From an uncultured bacterium (GTDB lineage Bacteria; Chlamydiota; Chlamydiia; Chlamydiales; SM23-39): a DNA stretch of 64,000 nucleotides. The notes below the pieces were generated by a model, which saw only the letters and a list, made by a program, of their open reading frames with translations, was not told the origin of the DNA and did no database searches. Position 1 is the stretch's first letter; every line of letters begins with the position of its first letter. Where the stretch lies: assembly GCA_963716985.1 (NCBI GenBank), contig OY970323.1, positions 1,312,001 through 1,376,000 on the forward strand, written 5' to 3'. The translations under genes were made by a program, and so were the position numbers. This document shows positions 60,167 through 64,000 of this stretch, in pieces.

Positions 60167-61999
60167 ATGTGCGGCATATTCGGGTACGTCGGCAAACGAG
60201 ATCCCCTAAAAACCTGTCTTCAAGGATTAAAGTTGTTAGAGTATAGAGGCTACGATTCTTCCGGGATTGCCGGTCTTCGGCAAGGAGAGTTGATCTCGTT
60301 CAAGGAGGTTGGCAAGGTCGCCATACTCGAAGAACAGATGAACCTTTTGGACCTAAAACTGGATCTTGCCATTGCCCACACCCGCTGGGCAACTCATGGG
60401 AAGCCCAACAAAACAAATGCCCACCCGCATTCGGACGAAAAATCGCAAATCTCATTAATACACAATGGGATCATCGAAAACTTTGACTTTTTGCGCACAA
60501 ATCTCCAGAAGAAAGGGGTTTGTTTTATTTCAGAAACCGATACCGAGGTCATTGCCCAGCTCCTTGCAGATCATTATGACGGCGAGCTTCTCCCTTCCGT
60601 CTGCCGCACGCTCCTTGAGCTCAAGGGAAGCTTTGCCATTGCCTTAATCCACAAAAATCACCCCGACACAATCGTTGCGGCATCTCGAGAAAGTCCTCTG
60701 GCCATCGGATATGATGACATGCACTCGGAAGCGATCATCTCCTCCGATCCCAACGCTTTTTTAGGCCATAATTTGAATGTCTTCTATTTAAAAAATGACG
60801 AAATCGCCCTTGTGCGAAAAAATTCCGTTGAAGTCTATGACATGCATCAACAGCCCATCCACAAGAAAACGGAAAAGATCCAAGCAGAAAACCTCTCCTT
60901 TTCCAAAGAGGGGTTTCCCCATTACATGCTCAAAGAAATATTCGAACAGCCCTTCACCATGCAAAAAGCCATGATCGAAAACCTCTCCGATGATGGCACA
61001 AACGCTGCCTTCAAAAACCTTCCCAACTTCGCAGAGGAACTGAGGAAAATCAACCGCATACTCATTATTGGCTGCGGCACCTCTTGGCATGCAGGATGCA
61101 TTGCCGTCTCTTTGTTCGAAGAGATGGCCCGTCTGCCCGCCAGTGCTGAAATTGCATCGGAGTTTCGCTACCGAACTCCCTTGATTTCCGACGACACGCT
61201 CATCATCGCTATCAGTCAATCCGGAGAAACTGCTGACACTGTGGGAGCCGTGCGCAAAATCAAAGCAAAAGGACACAAAATCTTTGGCATTTGCAATGTA
61301 AAAAATTCTACCCTCTCTAGAGAAGTGGACGGCTGTGTTTTTCTTCACGCAGGCCCTGAATTTAGCGTCTGCTCCACAAAAGCGTTTACCTCGCAGCTCA
61401 CCCTCCTGGCGCTCTTCTCTCTTTTTGCCGCGCGGTGCCGCCACATGGGAAAAGAGGAAGGAAGAGATTTCTTAAGCGAACTCAAAAAAATTCCACAGAA
61501 AATCAACGAAGTATTGAAACGTTCGAAAGAGATGGAACTTCTCGCCAAAAAATATAGCAAATTCGAGAACTTCTTTTTTCTTGGACGGCGCATGATGGTT
61601 CCCACCTGCATGGAAGCGGCCCTAAAGCTCAAGGAGATTTCCTATCTCAATGCAACAGCCTATCCGGCAGGAGAGTTGAAGCACGGTCCGATCGCGCTCA
61701 TCTCTCCCTCGTTGCCGGTCGTTGCCTTTTGCCAAAATGAACAAACCTATGAAAAGATGATCAGCAACCTCATGGAAGTAAAAGCAAGGGGCGCTCCCAT
61801 TATAGCGTTCGCAAGCTCAGAGGCCAAGGGCTTGTCCGCTATCGCAGATGACCTCTTTTATCTCCCCCCTGCCATCGATCTCCTCTCCCCTTTTATTTCT
61901 ACAATCGCCGGACAGCTCTTCGCCTATTACGTAGCAATCGAAAGGGGCACAGCAATTGACCAGCCGCGCAACCTTGCTAAATCCGTAACCGTTGAATAA
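60167..61999 (+). CDS. glmS: glutamine-fructose-6-phosphate transaminase
   Basis: MCGIFG, EYRGYDS, HTRWATHG, SQSGETADT, PRNLAKSVTVE. Confidence 0.97.
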   Translation: MCGIFGYVGKRDPLKTCLQGLKLLEYRGYDSSGIAGLRQGELISFKEVGKVAILEEQMNLLDLKLDLAIAHTRWATHGKPNKTNAHPHSDEKSQISLIHNGIIENFDFLRTNLQKKGVCFISETDTEVIAQLLADHYDGELLPSVCRTLLELKGSFAIALIHKNHPDTIVAASRESPLAIGYDDMHSEAIISSDPNAFLGHNLNVFYLKNDEIALVRKNSVEVYDMHQQPIHKKTEKIQAENLSFSKEGFPHYMLKEIFEQPFTMQKAMIENLSDDGTNAAFKNLPNFAEELRKINRILIIGCGTSWHAGCIAVSLFEEMARLPASAEIASEFRYRTPLISDDTLIIAISQSGETADTVGAVRKIKAKGHKIFGICNVKNSTLSREVDGCVFLHAGPEFSVCSTKAFTSQLTLLALFSLFAARCRHMGKEEGRDFLSELKKIPQKINEVLKRSKEMELLAKKYSKFENFFFLGRRMMVPTCMEAALKLKEISYLNATAYPAGELKHGPIALISPSLPVVAFCQNEQTYEKMISNLMEVKARGAPIIAFASSEAKGLSAIADDLFYLPPAIDLLSPFISTIAGQLFAYYVAIERGTAIDQPRNLAKSVTVE

Positions 62000-62001
62000 C
62001 A

Positions 62002-62597
62002 TGACGCACAAAGCATCCCTAGCTGAAAAACAGAAAAAAAAAGAAGAAAGAGCCCTTCAAAAAAGCGAGCGCGTCTATCAAGGCAAGATCATCAATCTCC
62101 GGCTCGAAACACTTCTCTTCAAAAACAGAGAACCTACCTATCGAGAATATATAGAGCATCAAGGAGGCGTTGCCATCATCGCCATCGATCCTCAGGGAAA
62201 CTTGCTTTTCATCCAACAATATCGAAAAGCTGTCGATGAAATCCTTTTGGAAATACCCGCAGGTATTTTGGAAAAGGGAGAGGCTGCTTGCGATTGCGCT
62301 GCGCGCGAGCTTCAAGAAGAAACGGGATACAAGCCAGAGACACTCATTTCTCTTGGAGGTTTTTTTGTTTCTCCCGGTTTCTGTAATGAGTACATCCATC
62401 TTTTTTTAGCTCTTAACCTTAAAAAAAATCCCCTTCCATGCGACGATGATGAAGCCATCGATCTTATTCCCCTGTCGCTGCAAGAATTTTTTGTTCGTTT
62501 AGAAAAAAATGAAATTCGCGACTTAAAAACCATTGCCGCCGTTTTGCTCTACTTGCGATGGGAAACCCAAAAAAAAGAATCCAAAGACTTTTTATGA
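62002..62597 (+). CDS. NUDIX hydrolase (ADP-ribose pyrophosphatase-like); start approximate
   Basis: EIPAG..E...AARELQEETGY, SPGF. Confidence 0.9.
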
Positions 62598-64000
62598 AAA
62601 AGATTTTGCTCCCCCTTCTTCTCCTCTCACTTTTAGCCCTGGCAATCTTTAGTCTTCCGGACATTCTCTCCTCTCCCACGGGCAAAAAATTTCTTTTGCA
62701 ACTCGCAGCTAAAAAGATGCATCAGCAAGTGAATGCGGAAGCGGTTCATTTTTCGTGGCTCGGCCCGCAAACGATCCAACAGATCGAAATAAAAAGCGAA
62801 AATTTTGCGCTTTCCATTGAAGAGTTTTCCACCGATCTTCCCTTTTGGAAGCTATCCTCTCTGTCCTCCTTCTCCTCAAAAACACTCTCTTCTTTGCGGA
62901 CAAAAACTGCCATAAAAAATGCTGCGCTGACGACCCATATTCCCGAGAGCCATTTTTCCCACATCAACTTGGCGATCACACATGAGGAAAATGCCCCCTT
63001 GCATATAGAGATGGAGGGCAGTAGTACAGAAGGGGGGAAAGTTTTTGTAAACCTTCTTACGGAAGATCTTGATTTTTCAAAAGCATCTTTAGATCTTTCT
63101 TGCCAAGACCTCCCCTCGGTTTTCTTAGATCGAATCGTTTCCCTATTTACCCAATTGCCGGACAGCTTTTTTTCCACTCTTTTAGGGAAAACCATCCAAC
63201 TGCAAGGATCGGCCCATATCGAAAACGAGAAGGGCACCCTTGCCCTTTCCCTTTCCTCTCCTCTGGTTTCTACCAAAATGAAAGGAGAGATCCGAGAGGG
63301 GATGGTTACTCTGCAAGAGGACTTGCAACTGGACGTTTTTCTCACCGAAACATTCAGCCAATATTTTCTCAAAGAGATGTCTCCCCTTTTTACATCAGCG
63401 CAATCTTCCAAAAAACCAATCCGCCTGACAATCTTTAAAGAGGGATTCGAATGCCCCTTTTCCCCCTTTTCTCTGAAGGAGGTCAAAGTGCAAAAATCCA
63501 TCCTTGATTTGGGTCAAATGAGGGCCAAAAATGCTGCAGGAGTTGGTTTGATTATGGGCATTATGAAGCTCCACCTTCCTTCCCACATGGAAGAGATGGA
63601 TGTTTGGGCAACTCCCGTCACGCTTTCTCTTTATGACGGAACGCTCTATACCGATCGGATGGATGTTCTTTTGGACAACTCGGTTCCTATTTGCACTTGG
63701 GGAACGATCGATCTGATCTCTAAAGAAGTGGACATGACCCTAGGGTTAACTGCCGAAGCCCTTCGAGAGACCTTTCGTTTTGCAAATCTTCCGGAAGACT
63801 ATGTACTGACCATTCCCGTCAAAGGAACGATCGACCATGTGAAGGTCGACAATTCCGTTGCCGCAGCAAAAATCGCCAAACTGATGGCAATGAAAGCGAC
63901 CAATGCGGGAGTTTTGAATAAGATTTTCGGAGGCATCATACAAGAAGACAATATTCCGCCTCCCAAGCGCCCCTTTCCCTGGGAAGGAAAGAGGCAAAAA
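62594..64000 (+). CDS. membrane-anchored hypothetical protein (AsmA-like suspected), runs off the window end; absent from the ORF track
   Basis: Starts MKKILLPLLLLSLLALAIFSLPDILSS..FSWLGPQ; the same frame at the window end reads ..IPPPKRPFPWEGKRQK. Confidence 0.65.
   Translation, partial: MKKILLPLLLLSLLALAIFSLPDILSSPTGKKFLLQLAAKKMHQQVNAEAVHFSWLGPQTIQQIEIKSENFALSIEEFSTDLPFWKLSSLSSFSSKTLSSLRTKTAIKNAALTTHIPESHFSHINLAITHEENAPLHIEMEGSSTEGGKVFVNLLTEDLDFSKASLDLSCQDLPSVFLDRIVSLFTQLPDSFFSTLLGKTIQLQGSAHIENEKGTLALSLSSPLVSTKMKGEIREGMVTLQEDLQLDVFLTETFSQYFLKEMSPLFTSAQSSKKPIRLTIFKEGFECPFSPFSLKEVKVQKSILDLGQMRAKNAAGVGLIMGIMKLHLPSHMEEMDVWATPVTLSLYDGTLYTDRMDVLLDNSVPICTWGTIDLISKEVDMTLGLTAEALRETFRFANLPEDYVLTIPVKGTIDHVKVDNSVAAAKIAKLMAMKATNAGVLNKIFGGIIQEDNIPPPKRPFPWEGKRQK

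Noticed and set aside
62746..63501. 251-aa minus-strand ORF
   Set aside because: It is the antisense shadow of the plus-strand gene starting at 62594.

Overview
This is a chromosomal window from an environmental member of Chlamydiota. The assignment rests on the PVC small basic protein gene within a holC-ybeY-CNNM/tlyC-DUF3604 block and on the smpB-dnaN-recF gene order. An anaerobic or fermentative lifestyle is suggested by a three-gene NADH-linked [FeFe]-hydrogenase operon divergent from a PEP synthase, plus an ADP-forming acetate-CoA ligase/GNAT fusion. Most of the window is housekeeping, envelope and transport genes with two tRNAs. The accessory content is: (1) a signal peptide-TPR-Ntox50 polymorphic toxin with an in-frame amber stop just inside the toxin domain, followed by a tandem-domain putative immunity gene split by an unclassified 1.9-kb IS; (2) an IS50/Tn5-like IS4 element whose transposase carries a complete group II intron that would restore the frame on splicing; (3) an unannotated 45-aa protamine-like CxxC peptide near three tandem DUF378 genes; (4) three different MITE families, one of which disrupts an outer-membrane beta-barrel gene; (5) a HigBA-like toxin-antitoxin module next to tRNA-Leu. 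All family assignments come from motif recognition by eye, not from database searches.
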